This document shows, one piece after another, positions 8,233-16,419 of a stretch of DNA of 43,932 nt. A program made the position numbers and the translations under genes. The notes beneath the pieces were generated by a model. It was not told where the DNA came from. It made no database searches and worked only from the letters and a program-made list of their open reading frames with translations. How positions within the stretch are numbered: position 1 is the first letter of the stretch; each line of letters starts with the position of its first letter. Source of the stretch: Syntrophus sp. (in: bacteria) (GTDB lineage Bacteria; Desulfobacterota; Syntrophia; Syntrophales; UBA8958); assembly GCA_003451635.1 (NCBI GenBank), contig DMAT01000275.1, positions 1 to 43,932 on the forward strand, written 5' to 3'.

Positions 8233-9429
8233 ATGGGTATCCGTATTACCGATAACGCGCAATTCAGTTCTGTCATCGATAATCTCTTTAACATCAGAAA
8301 GCAGTACCAGGATGTCATGGAGAAGCTTGCCAGTCAGAAGAATATTAACAAGATTTCTGATGACTCCCTCGGGATCACGAGAGTTCTTGGCTTTAAACAG
8401 ACAAATCAAGCCATAGGCCAATATCAGCGCAATATTGAAAACACCAATTCATGGCTGTCGGCGACGGAAGGAAAACTCAACAACGCAGATGAACTATTGA
8501 CGGAAGCACGGGCATTAGCCGTTTCCCAAACAACGGGAACGGCCAATGCAGACTCCAGGAAGATAGCGGCTCAGAAAGTTCAAGCTATTATGGACGAAAT
8601 GCTTTCTCTCGCGAATTCAAAGCTTGGTGACCGCTACTTATTTGCCGGTTCACGAAGTGATGTGAAGCCTTTTGAATCTACAGAATCCGCTCCGACAATA
8701 GATGCTCCAGTTGCCGGGAAGGAGAATGTCTATACCGGGACTGTCGCAGAGAGTGGTCCTTACACCGGGACCAGGAATAATGCTTACGTCCTGAAAATCG
8801 TTGATGGTGGCTTGAGGAGCGCAGCGACCTATAAAATATCTGATGACGGAGGCGAGACATGGGGTGCCGTAAGTGCGCCTGCAGATCTCGACAGTCCTGT
8901 CGATCTCGGTGATGGAGTTAAGCTGACTTTTGCCGCAGGCACATTTGCAGAAAACGATCTTTTTTATGTCAATGCCTATACTGCTGGCTATTACAAGGGA
9001 AACGACGGGGCGCTTAATGTTTCTATCAAAAAGGATTCTTCTGCAAATTACAACATCACCGGCGCGGAGGCGTTTACAGACAATGGAGGCGGCAGCGTCG
9101 ATGTATTCAAGGCACTGAAGAGTTTCAAGGATGCATTGGAAGGCAATAGCGTTGATGAAATATCCGCAGCAATTGGTGATATGAAAACGGCGCAGGATCA
9201 AGTTAATCTTTGTATTGCCAAGTGTGGTTCACGGGCAAACAGGATGGAAATGGCAAAAAACAACCTTTCGGAACTGCAGTTGAATATGACTTCCCTGATC
9301 TCGGCAACTGAAGACGCTGACATTGCGGAACTGGTAACCACATTTTCCATGAAAGAGGTCGCCTTGCAGGCGGCCTACGAAGTGGCGTCAAGAATTACGA
9401 GTAACTCCATTATTAACTTTCTTAAATAG
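8233..9429 (+). CDS. flgL: Flagellar hook-associated protein 3 FlgL, with an enlarged central domain
   Basis: Flagellin-like N-terminus (MGIRITDN...) and C-terminus (ATEDADIAELVTTFSMKEVALQAAYEVASRI). Follows flgK. 398 aa. Confidence 0.85.
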   Translation: MGIRITDNAQFSSVIDNLFNIRKQYQDVMEKLASQKNINKISDDSLGITRVLGFKQTNQAIGQYQRNIENTNSWLSATEGKLNNADELLTEARALAVSQTTGTANADSRKIAAQKVQAIMDEMLSLANSKLGDRYLFAGSRSDVKPFESTESAPTIDAPVAGKENVYTGTVAESGPYTGTRNNAYVLKIVDGGLRSAATYKISDDGGETWGAVSAPADLDSPVDLGDGVKLTFAAGTFAENDLFYVNAYTAGYYKGNDGALNVSIKKDSSANYNITGAEAFTDNGGGSVDVFKALKSFKDALEGNSVDEISAAIGDMKTAQDQVNLCIAKCGSRANRMEMAKNNLSELQLNMTSLISATEDADIAELVTTFSMKEVALQAAYEVASRITSNSIINFLK

Positions 9430-9447
9430 AGCAACTGGAGGTTAAAC

Positions 9448-9690
9448 ATGTTAATCCTGACAAGGAAGTTGGGAGAAGTTGTAGCTGTCGGGGACGATAT
9501 AAAGATCGTCATCGTGGACATCAAGGGGAAGCATGTTCGTATAGGGGTTGAAGCGCCAAGGCAAACAAAAATTTATCGCGAGGAATTATATCAGATAATT
9601 AGAGAACAAAACCAGGAATCAACTCAGAGTCATTCTATACAGATAGACGATATCTTGTCAAAATATAAGAATAAAATTGAAAAGACCTAA
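9448..9690 (+). CDS. csrA: Carbon storage regulator CsrA (flagellar-type, paired with FliW)
   Basis: MLILTRKLGEVVAVGDDIKIVIVDIKGKHVRIGVEAPRQTKIYREELY is the canonical CsrA sequence. SD GGAGG. Confidence 0.95.
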   Translation: MLILTRKLGEVVAVGDDIKIVIVDIKGKHVRIGVEAPRQTKIYREELYQIIREQNQESTQSHSIQIDDILSKYKNKIEKT

Positions 9691-9762
9691 ACATGCAATG
9701 ATTTAAGCGTAATGTGCATGACAGGTAAACGCTGCAAATGATTATGAAAAGGGGTATTCTAA

Positions 9763-10182
9763 ATGAAGATTAAAACAAGTCGTTTTGGCGAGATTGAGGT
9801 TGATGAGTTAAAAATCATCGAGATGAGGGGTGGAATCCTTGGTTATAACAGTTTGAAGAGATTTGTGATGATTGTTCACGAAGAGGGAAGCCCTTTTCAT
9901 TGGTTTCAATCCTTGGAAGACGGTTCAATCGCTTTCATTACGATGAACCCCTTCATCGCTAAATCAGACTATGAGCCTGAAATAGACGACCAGACGATTG
10001 AAATGCTGGAAGTAGAGAGAGAGGAAGATATTGAGCTCATGGCCATTCTAACCATCCGTTCAGAACCGGCAAAGATGACCGCAAATCTGCGCGCCCCTTT
10101 GGTGATAAACAAACAGAAAAAATTAGCAAGCCAGGTTGTTCTTGAGGACGAACAATACCCTGTGCGATATAATATTGCCTGA
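9763..10182 (+). CDS. fliW: Flagellar assembly factor FliW (CsrA antagonist / flagellin partner)
   Basis: MKIKTSRFGEIEVDE..II....GILGY...KRF......EGSPFHWFQSLED..IAF...NPF. and ANLRAPLVIN are FliW hallmarks. Adjacent to csrA. Confidence 0.9.
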   Translation: MKIKTSRFGEIEVDELKIIEMRGGILGYNSLKRFVMIVHEEGSPFHWFQSLEDGSIAFITMNPFIAKSDYEPEIDDQTIEMLEVEREEDIELMAILTIRSEPAKMTANLRAPLVINKQKKLASQVVLEDEQYPVRYNIA

Positions 10183-10234
10183 GTAAAGTTGTATCGCTGG
10201 TCTGTAGATGTTTTCTGAAAACATGAAACCTGCC

Positions 10235-10576
10235 TCAGGCCTGGGTGTTGAAGATGATACCAGTTATTTCTCTCATTTTGGCGTATAGATCCTGAATTTC
10301 TCTCGACGGTATTTCGCGGATCACCTCGCCGGTATCCTTGTCTGCGACGACGACGGCAATTTTGTCTCCATTTTCTCCATACGTGGAAAACTCAAGACTG
10401 ACGTTCATGCTGTTAATTTGCCGTTGCATTTCATGAACCATCTGTTTCATTCGTTCATTCTCTACAGAACGCTGCTCTTCTAACTTCATTGCCGTCCGAC
10501 CTTCCTTGGAACGGCCAAGAAGCGGCATTGCGTCGCCTTTCGAGACGCTTCCAGTATTTACGGCGCCGATATTCAC
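10235..10576 (-). CDS. flaG: Flagellar protein FlaG
   Basis: C-terminal LEFSTYGENGDKIAVVVADKDTGEVIREIPSREI matches the FlaG family. GTG start with GGGAGG SD. Confidence 0.8.
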   Translation of the reverse strand: MNIGAVNTGSVSKGDAMPLLGRSKEGRTAMKLEEQRSVENERMKQMVHEMQRQINSMNVSLEFSTYGENGDKIAVVVADKDTGEVIREIPSREIQDLYAKMREITGIIFNTQA

Positions 10577-10615
10577 CTTCCATCACCTCCCTATAATATT
10601 TATCCTTTAATCCTA

Positions 10616-10642
10616 CTATCGGCAACCTTAAGAAAAACTTGA
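10616..10642 (-). promoter_or_regulatory. Sigma-28-type promoter upstream of flaG
   Basis: The minus strand reads TCAAGTTT-N11-GCCGATAG (consensus TAAAGTTT-N11-GCCGATAA). It lies between the upstream ORF stop and the flaG start. Confidence 0.6.
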
Positions 10643-10655
10643 ATGTTTATGACAT

Positions 10656-11099
10656 TCATGTCCGTACGTCGAGAAACTTGGGTATCCCGAGGGTGTTATT
10701 GGCATACCCGGACATCACTTTATCTTGTTTGCTGATGGTTTGCAGATCTCCCTTTGCTAAATTGCATTTTAGAATCGCTATTGAATGACAATCTTTGTTG
10801 GCTTCGATGATTTTCTGTAAGGTCTTGTTCAGAGCGTTAGTAATTACCGCCCGTTCTTTACCGCCGCCGTCGTCGTCCCGATTAGTTTTATTCACTTCAT
10901 GATCCAGTCCGTTGACGAAGCGGATCATATCTTCACGTTGCATGGTCAGTTCTTCAACCCTGCCCATATCCTCTGCTTCAAAGGCATTTTTTAGCTGCAG
11001 GGTTGCTGACAGGAAATCGGCGTAAAACGTTAATTTTCTGCCGAGAACATTGTTAATGTCAACCTGAACATCTTTGTTGTTTAGAGGATGTTCAGGCAT
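10656..11099 (-). CDS. Putative flagellar export chaperone (FlgN/FliT-like helical protein)
   Basis: Helical ~147-aa ORF translationally coupled to fliS (TGATG overlap at 11099). Weak FlgN-like pattern (LTFYADFLSATLQLKNAFEAEDMGRVEELTMQRE). Assignment rests mainly on context. Confidence 0.45.
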   Translation of the reverse strand: MPEHPLNNKDVQVDINNVLGRKLTFYADFLSATLQLKNAFEAEDMGRVEELTMQREDMIRFVNGLDHEVNKTNRDDDGGGKERAVITNALNKTLQKIIEANKDCHSIAILKCNLAKGDLQTISKQDKVMSGYANNTLGIPKFLDVRT

Positions 11100-11554
11100 C
11101 ACGCGCTCCACGCCATGCGGCTGACCATGGCCGCATTATTTGTTTCATTCGGTATTAAAGCCGGCGAGAGACTGGCCATCACGGGCTTTCCTAAAGCGAG
11201 CTCTTGCCATGCCGACTCCAGTTCCTCGAGCATCCTGATTACATCATCAAAAACCGTCATATCCCTTTTGAGATCGGCATCGGTAAGGGACTGAGTCATG
11301 TAAAGATACAAAGCCCGCAGGTTCTTTGCGACTTCACCCCCCTTTTCCATATCCAGAGAGACGTTCAGTTCATGGATGATATCGAAGGCCTTCAACAGGG
11401 CTCTTCCTTTGGCTTCGTAATCAGATGCAATGTATGATTCACGGGCAAGTTTAAGGCTGCTGATCGCCCCTTCATAACACATGCGAACAAGTTTGATGGG
11501 ATCTGCAGACAGGAAATTCGCTTCCTGATAGGATCTTGTTACAGCTTCATACAT
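11099..11554 (-). CDS. fliS: Flagellin-specific export chaperone FliS
   Basis: YQEANFLSADPIKLVRMCYEGAISSLKLA......D...KG..L.KA..II.EL..SLD...GGEVA.NL..LY.YM is canonical FliS. Confidence 0.9.
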   Translation of the reverse strand: MYEAVTRSYQEANFLSADPIKLVRMCYEGAISSLKLARESYIASDYEAKGRALLKAFDIIHELNVSLDMEKGGEVAKNLRALYLYMTQSLTDADLKRDMTVFDDVIRMLEELESAWQELALGKPVMASLSPALIPNETNNAAMVSRMAWSA

Positions 11555-11618
11555 AATTGTTTATCCTCCTTTTCGATATATCATTCAAAAGTCGGGCGAC
11601 TTGTCGCCCGGCAAGGTG

Positions 11619-14600
11619 TTACGTCGTTCGCCAGGCCTTATCTGCAGAGTTGAGCTGCCCGGCGAGCCAGTTGCTTTGGCTCTGGATCTTCTGGAGGGCC
11701 AGTTCCATCTTCACGAAACGGCTTATCATCTGTTCCCGTTTTCGGTTTAGCCGTGCCTCCATGTCATCCATTTGCGTCTGGAATCTGTCGATGTTGTTCT
11801 GTAGGGACTTCTGTTTGTCGGTTACATATCCCTCAAAGGAATCGGTGATACTGAACAGCGCCCGGTCATACAATTCGGCCACGCCTAGTGTCAGCTTCAG
11901 AGTTCCCGCATCAAAACCGCCACCCGTCGTCCCCGTATATTTTACAGACAAGCCGTCAACATTGGCGTCTTTCCTGTCGCCGGTCAGAACCTGACCCGCG
12001 CCCGTAGCTGATTCTCCGTTGATGGTCCCCGCCACGTCCACGCCGTTATCGACCGCCTGGTCGCCGCCGGTCCAGAGCAGATTGTTCTGCTGGTGGATGG
12101 TGAAACTGTTCCCTGTCCCGTAGTTGTTATGGGACATAACCAGGTGGTTTCCCGTATCAGCGGAAGCCGTTATGGACATAGCATAGCGCCCCTTCCGTCC
12201 GCCCGGGTTGGTGGTCAGCACCGTTCCGAAATCGAGGTCGTGGGCCTGGGTGTAGTCGAACGACAAGGCAACACTGCTGGACCCCGGCGTTTTGTCGGTA
12301 ATCACGATTTTCCCGGAGGCGTCAATTGCTGCCGTGACCTGACTGCCGAACGCTGTCTCAACGGCGCTCAGCAACCCCTGGACAGAATCGGTGGCCGCCT
12401 GGGAAATCGTATACGAGCCGCTGATACTGGCGCCATTGCGGGCGGTTCCGGAAAAAGAAATTACGTCGTTATCAGCCAGGCTTGCGGAAACACCGCCGCT
12501 GTCGTAGATGCTGTTCCACTTTGTGGAAGCGTTGATCTTCGATGTATGACCGGAATCGGAGTAAAGCTCCTCGGCACCGGTCAGAGCCTGAGTATAGACC
12601 GTCGCCAACTCGCTGTTGATGGAATTGGCGATCTGGGTCATGGTCATTGAGCTTGTCAGGCTGATGGTAGCGGTGCTCGTACCGGCGCTAATTGTCAGCG
12701 TTTCATTGCCGCTCAGGCTGGTGTTGTCTGACGCCGCTGAGGTATTTTTCGTCGCCGCCGAAGTGATATTTACCGCGTACTCTCCATACTTTGTATTGAT
12801 CCCGTGGGAGAGATACGCCAATGACCCGGTACTGACCTGCGCATTGGCTGTAAAAAGTTTCTGTACATCGTTGAAATTTGTTGTCAGGTAGCCGCGGAGC
12901 TTGCTGTCGTCAACAGAGAGTTTTCCTTCCCGATTCACGCTGATGCCGACCAACCCCAGGGTCGAATAATCGGAGGCGACGCCCCAGACATTCCCGCTCA
13001 GGATTGACGTAAGGTCAGATTTTACGGACGAGAGCGTCCCGTCCGCGAAGAGGATGCCGCCTGCCTTCTTTTTTGTCTCGTCATATGTATTCTGAGTGCG
13101 GATGTAGGAGGAGACATTGTTGTAACTCGTGACGAAAGTATTGATCTTATCCATCAAGGTGTCCATGTCGCGGCCGATGTTAAGGGTGATGGTTGTTCCC
13201 GCATCCGCCTTGAGCAGATCGATGGTAACACCGGTCAGGATGTCGTCGATCGTATTCTTAGAGCGGGTGACCGTCACGCCGTCAACCGATACGGAGGCGT
13301 CCGCCGCGGCGACGATCTGCCGTTTCCGGAGCGATACGGCGCTGCCCAAATCGCCATTGGCATCGAATTTCAGGGTATCGTCTGTCGTTCCCCCGGAATT
13401 TTTTACCCCCATCTTGACAGATAGCGTACTCGCTCCGGACGTATTGTCTACAACCGTAATCTTTCCGTCCCCGGTGATGGATGCGGTAACGTTGCCGAAC
13501 AAAGACTGTATCTTTGTCAGGAGTTCGCCAACGGTTTTCGTATCGGAAAGGGTGAACGTGTTATCGGACACGGCGCCGCCGCCGCTTGTCTTTGCGCCTT
13601 CAAGGAGGATATAATCATCTGACGCCCAGTTGGTGTAACCGTCGATATCTTTGATCAGGGTGTCGGCCGTTATGACCGCCCCGGCGGCGGTATTGGCAAC
13701 ATCTCCGCTCACACCGCTCACATCGGAAACGCCGCCTTTGATCGTCCCCAGCGTTTCCAGGATATTGTTCTTATCCGTATATGTATTGGCGGCGCCGGCC
13801 ACCATGAGCCGGTAATAGGTTTTGTTGTCCTCCGTTTCGGTGGTGATGGTTGCCGTCAAGCCGGCAAGGGTTAATTTGGCTTGCAGGCTGCTCAGGCTGT
13901 CAGTACTGAGGTCAATGGCCCCAACGGCTTGTCCGTTAATGACAATATCCCCGGCGCCGGATGTTTGGGCGCTGGTCAGACCGAGGAGCGACTGAATTGA
14001 AACCGTTGTGCTTGTGAAGCGATCCGTCCTGTCCCCGCCGGCGAGATGATTTTTTGCGGTTCGACTGGTGTCGGCAAAACCTAACTTATTGAGGATATCA
14101 GCTCCACCGCCGTTCTTAAGGCTGATCCCGGTGGCTCCCGTCGAGTCGCTGGTGAGGATGAGCCTGTTGTCGCCTGTTCCATAGCTGATCAGACCGGCAG
14201 TGACGCCCGTGGGGCTGGAGCCGGAGTTGGCGCTGTTAATTCTGTCTTTCAAACTTACCAGCGTATCTGTTGAGTCAATGGTGATAATTGCGCCGTTAAT
14301 CAGCAAATCCCCGACGTAACCGGCGCCGAGGGCGCTTGATGTACTCGCAAAGGAGGACGATGATAGTTTCTGGGCTGCAGCCAGAGCGTTAACCTTCAGG
14401 GTGTAGGATCCTACAGAGGCTGTCGTCGAGGTCGTAACCGCGAGGAGATCGGCGGCCTTGACGGTGCTGCTGTCGCTGCTCATAACCGCTCTGAAAACAC
14501 CGAAATCTTCGGCATCCTTAAGATTGCCTGCGGCGGTTTTCAAGGCCAGCAGCTTGGTGTTGAAGGACTGCCATTCGGTCAGTTTCGATGTATAAGCTGT

Positions 14601-14717
14601 TTTTTTGTTTGAGACAATATCCACGCTTTTGTGTTCGACGGCAATGATCTGAGTTATCATCGACTGCCAGTCGATTCCGCTGGACAGGCCGCTTACCATA
14701 CTTGTGCTCGAGGCCAT
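11619..14717 (-). CDS. fliD: Flagellar filament cap protein FliD, greatly expanded (1032 aa)
   Basis: The N-terminus GLSSGIDWQSMITQIIAVEHKSVDIVSNKK..Y..KL..WQ.F matches FliD_N. FliD_C-like VSVDGVTVTRSKNTIDDILTGVTIDLLK...FVTSYNNV is present. Terminal coiled coil QNNIDRFQTQMDDMEARLNRKREQMISRFVKMELALQKIQSQ. SD GAGGAG. Confidence 0.9.
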   Translation of the reverse strand: MASSTSMVSGLSSGIDWQSMITQIIAVEHKSVDIVSNKKTAYTSKLTEWQSFNTKLLALKTAAGNLKDAEDFGVFRAVMSSDSSTVKAADLLAVTTSTTASVGSYTLKVNALAAAQKLSSSSFASTSSALGAGYVGDLLINGAIITIDSTDTLVSLKDRINSANSGSSPTGVTAGLISYGTGDNRLILTSDSTGATGISLKNGGGADILNKLGFADTSRTAKNHLAGGDRTDRFTSTTVSIQSLLGLTSAQTSGAGDIVINGQAVGAIDLSTDSLSSLQAKLTLAGLTATITTETEDNKTYYRLMVAGAANTYTDKNNILETLGTIKGGVSDVSGVSGDVANTAAGAVITADTLIKDIDGYTNWASDDYILLEGAKTSGGGAVSDNTFTLSDTKTVGELLTKIQSLFGNVTASITGDGKITVVDNTSGASTLSVKMGVKNSGGTTDDTLKFDANGDLGSAVSLRKRQIVAAADASVSVDGVTVTRSKNTIDDILTGVTIDLLKADAGTTITLNIGRDMDTLMDKINTFVTSYNNVSSYIRTQNTYDETKKKAGGILFADGTLSSVKSDLTSILSGNVWGVASDYSTLGLVGISVNREGKLSVDDSKLRGYLTTNFNDVQKLFTANAQVSTGSLAYLSHGINTKYGEYAVNITSAATKNTSAASDNTSLSGNETLTISAGTSTATISLTSSMTMTQIANSINSELATVYTQALTGAEELYSDSGHTSKINASTKWNSIYDSGGVSASLADNDVISFSGTARNGASISGSYTISQAATDSVQGLLSAVETAFGSQVTAAIDASGKIVITDKTPGSSSVALSFDYTQAHDLDFGTVLTTNPGGRKGRYAMSITASADTGNHLVMSHNNYGTGNSFTIHQQNNLLWTGGDQAVDNGVDVAGTINGESATGAGQVLTGDRKDANVDGLSVKYTGTTGGGFDAGTLKLTLGVAELYDRALFSITDSFEGYVTDKQKSLQNNIDRFQTQMDDMEARLNRKREQMISRFVKMELALQKIQSQSNWLAGQLNSADKAWRTT

Positions 14718-14764
14718 GCTGTTTCTCCTCTGATTCAGTAACGAAAGAGTTTCTTTTACTAACT

Positions 14765-14792
14765 ACATCGGAAATTATTTCCCGATACTTAA
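14765..14792 (-). promoter_or_regulatory. Sigma-28-type promoter upstream of fliD
   Basis: The minus strand reads TTAAG-N15-TCCGATGT. It lies between the flagellin terminator and the fliD start. The spacer contains the palindrome GGAAATAATTTCC. Confidence 0.5.
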
Positions 14793-14833
14793 AGATTATT
14801 ATCAATTATTAACATCAAAGCAAGAGTTCTGCC

Positions 14834-14863
14834 AAAAAAAACCCCGTATCGAAAGATACGGGG
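14834..14863 (-). terminator. Rho-independent terminator after the flagellin gene
   Basis: The minus strand reads CCCCGTATC-TTTC-GATACGGGG followed by TTTTTTTT. It starts 28 nt after the flagellin stop. Confidence 0.85.
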
Positions 14864-14890
14864 TTTCTGATGAAAGGGTTTAAGATTAGG

Positions 14891-16018
14891 TTACTTGAAC
14901 AACGACAGTACACCCTGGGAAGCCATGTTGGCCTGGGCCAGCATGGAGGTGCCGGCCTGGACGAGAATCTGGTTCTTGGTAAAGGTTGTCATTTCCGCAG
15001 CCATATCGACATCGCGAATAACCGATTCAGAGGCCGAGAAGTTCTCGAGGGTAGAGGCCAGGTTGCCGGCCGCATAACCCAGGCGATTCTGATAGGCGCC
15101 GACATCGCCGCGAACACTGGCGAGTTTGTCGATAGCATCGTCGATATCGCTCATTTTCGCCAAGGCGCCGGCAGTGGTGCTGATATCATTGGCCGCGACG
15201 CCCGAACCGGTGTCTTTCAGTGCTGCCGTGTTGAGATCTCCCAGGCTGATGTTCAACTGGGAATTGGAATCCTCCTCATAACCGACCTGGAATTTTTTGG
15301 AAGTGGTACCGTTGTCCAGGATGGTCTGTGTACCGGCCACGCCGGCGCCGATATTAGCAGTAGTCGCTGCCGCCGTCGTCTTGAAGCTGATGTTAAATTT
15401 ATCAAAATTCATCGTGGTGCTGGCCGCGATGGTTTTGGTTTGGGACACGCCGCCGCTTGTCATCGTTAACGTGCCATCCGTTGCAGAGTAAGTGACTACG
15501 TAGGCAGCCGAGGCGGCATTCGCCACGTTGATGTCGTAGATATTACCCGCTGTATCGATGGTTGAATTGGCCGCATCTACGGTGCTGCCGCCTGTGAAGG
15601 AGCCATTTACGAGGGCAGTCCCGGCATATTTCGTCGAGTACGCGATCCTGTCGATTTCAAGGACGAGAGTGTTATACTCCGTGCTCAGTTTGGCAATGTC
15701 CGCACCGACATTGGCCGATGAGGCCTGGGTGGCCAGTTCCTTCATACGGGTAAGAATGTCGCCGACACTGCTCATGGCGCCTTCCGCCGTCTGCAGAAGC
15801 GAGTTGGCCTCGGAAATATTCCTCTGGGCAACCTTGACACTGGCGATATCCGCCCGGAAGGCCTGAGAAATAGCCAGACCAGCGGCGTCGTCCTTGGCGG
15901 AGTTGATCCGATAGCCTGAGGAGAGTCTTTCCAGTGACTTACTCATGCCGGCGTCGGAAATAGCCAAGTTTCTCTGTGCATTCATTGCCGCGATGTTGTT
16001 TTGAATTCTGAATCCCAT
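14891..16018 (-). CDS. fliC: Flagellin
   Basis: MGFRIQNNIAAMNAQRNLAISDAGMSKSLERLSSGYRINSAKDDAAGLAISQ and C-terminal RDVDMAAEMTTFTKNQILVQAGTSMLAQAN are canonical. The central domain is Ser/Thr/Ala-rich. Confidence 0.95.
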   Translation of the reverse strand: MGFRIQNNIAAMNAQRNLAISDAGMSKSLERLSSGYRINSAKDDAAGLAISQAFRADIASVKVAQRNISEANSLLQTAEGAMSSVGDILTRMKELATQASSANVGADIAKLSTEYNTLVLEIDRIAYSTKYAGTALVNGSFTGGSTVDAANSTIDTAGNIYDINVANAASAAYVVTYSATDGTLTMTSGGVSQTKTIAASTTMNFDKFNISFKTTAAATTANIGAGVAGTQTILDNGTTSKKFQVGYEEDSNSQLNISLGDLNTAALKDTGSGVAANDISTTAGALAKMSDIDDAIDKLASVRGDVGAYQNRLGYAAGNLASTLENFSASESVIRDVDMAAEMTTFTKNQILVQAGTSMLAQANMASQGVLSLFK

Positions 16019-16026
16019 GATTTGTA

Positions 16027-16076
16027 TCCTCCTTGATTTTGTTTTCCTTGCGGAATTATTCCAGCATCCTTGCCGG
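16027..16076 (-). promoter_or_regulatory. Three CsrA-type binding motifs (CAAGGA) in the flagellin 5' leader, one overlapping the SD
   Basis: The minus strand reads CCGGCAAGGAUGCUGG (16061-16076; GGA in a hairpin loop, close to the SELEX consensus RUACARGGAUGU). It also reads CGCAAGGAAAA (motif 16045-16050) and AUCAAGGAGGAU (motif 16030-16035, overlapping SD GGAGGA). Confidence 0.65.
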
Positions 16077-16184
16077 AGTTATTATCTGATTATGATTATT
16101 TGACCGTATTTCATTTATCTCGTTTTCGGTCACCTTTGCCGCAACTCCCTTCACCTCCTCCCTTCATCGTTTGTGCTCTATCAT

Positions 16185-16200
16185 TGCGAGGGCCATGCCA
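16185..16200 (-). promoter_or_regulatory. Sigma-54-type promoter about 165 nt upstream of the flagellin start
   Basis: The minus strand reads TTGGCAT-GGCCC-TCGCA, with correct GG/GC spacing and one mismatch in the -12 element. It has the same TGGCAT form as the flgF and flgN promoters. Confidence 0.5.
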
Positions 16201-16296
16201 AAATTAAAAACTCAACAATAACGGATATTTATAATTTTATAGAACATTATAATTTGGGAAAGGGGAAATTATTTCCTGTTTCTCGCTTTGATCTTA

Positions 16297-16324
16297 CTAT
16301 CGGCAGGAGGAGGTTGTAACTTAA
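16297..16324 (-). promoter_or_regulatory. Sigma-28-type promoter about 280 nt upstream of the flagellin start
   Basis: The minus strand reads TTAAG-N15-GCCGATAG. Confidence 0.6.
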
Positions 16325-16419
16325 ATGTCCAGGGATATTATTTTGAAAACTTTGTGGCTTCGCCTTTGGAGATGAAAGCGGGAATTGGCGTAGACAATGA
16401 ACTCACGGCCAATCCGTAT

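Noticed and set aside
10208-10224. Small hairpin ATGTTT..AAACAT between convergent fliW and flaG
   Set aside because: The stem is AT-only and very short with no U-tract, so it is too weak to call a bidirectional terminator.
12093-13614. Plus-strand ORFs of 185, 91 and 161 aa inside fliD
   Set aside because: They are antisense shadows of a confidently identified, GC-rich, low-stop gene. Their translations are low-complexity (Arg/Gly/Val/Ser-rich) with no motifs or RBS.
14870-15469. 199-aa plus-strand ORF antisense to flagellin
   Set aside because: It lies entirely within the canonical flagellin CDS on the opposite strand, and its start falls inside the terminator/stop region. It is a typical shadow ORF.
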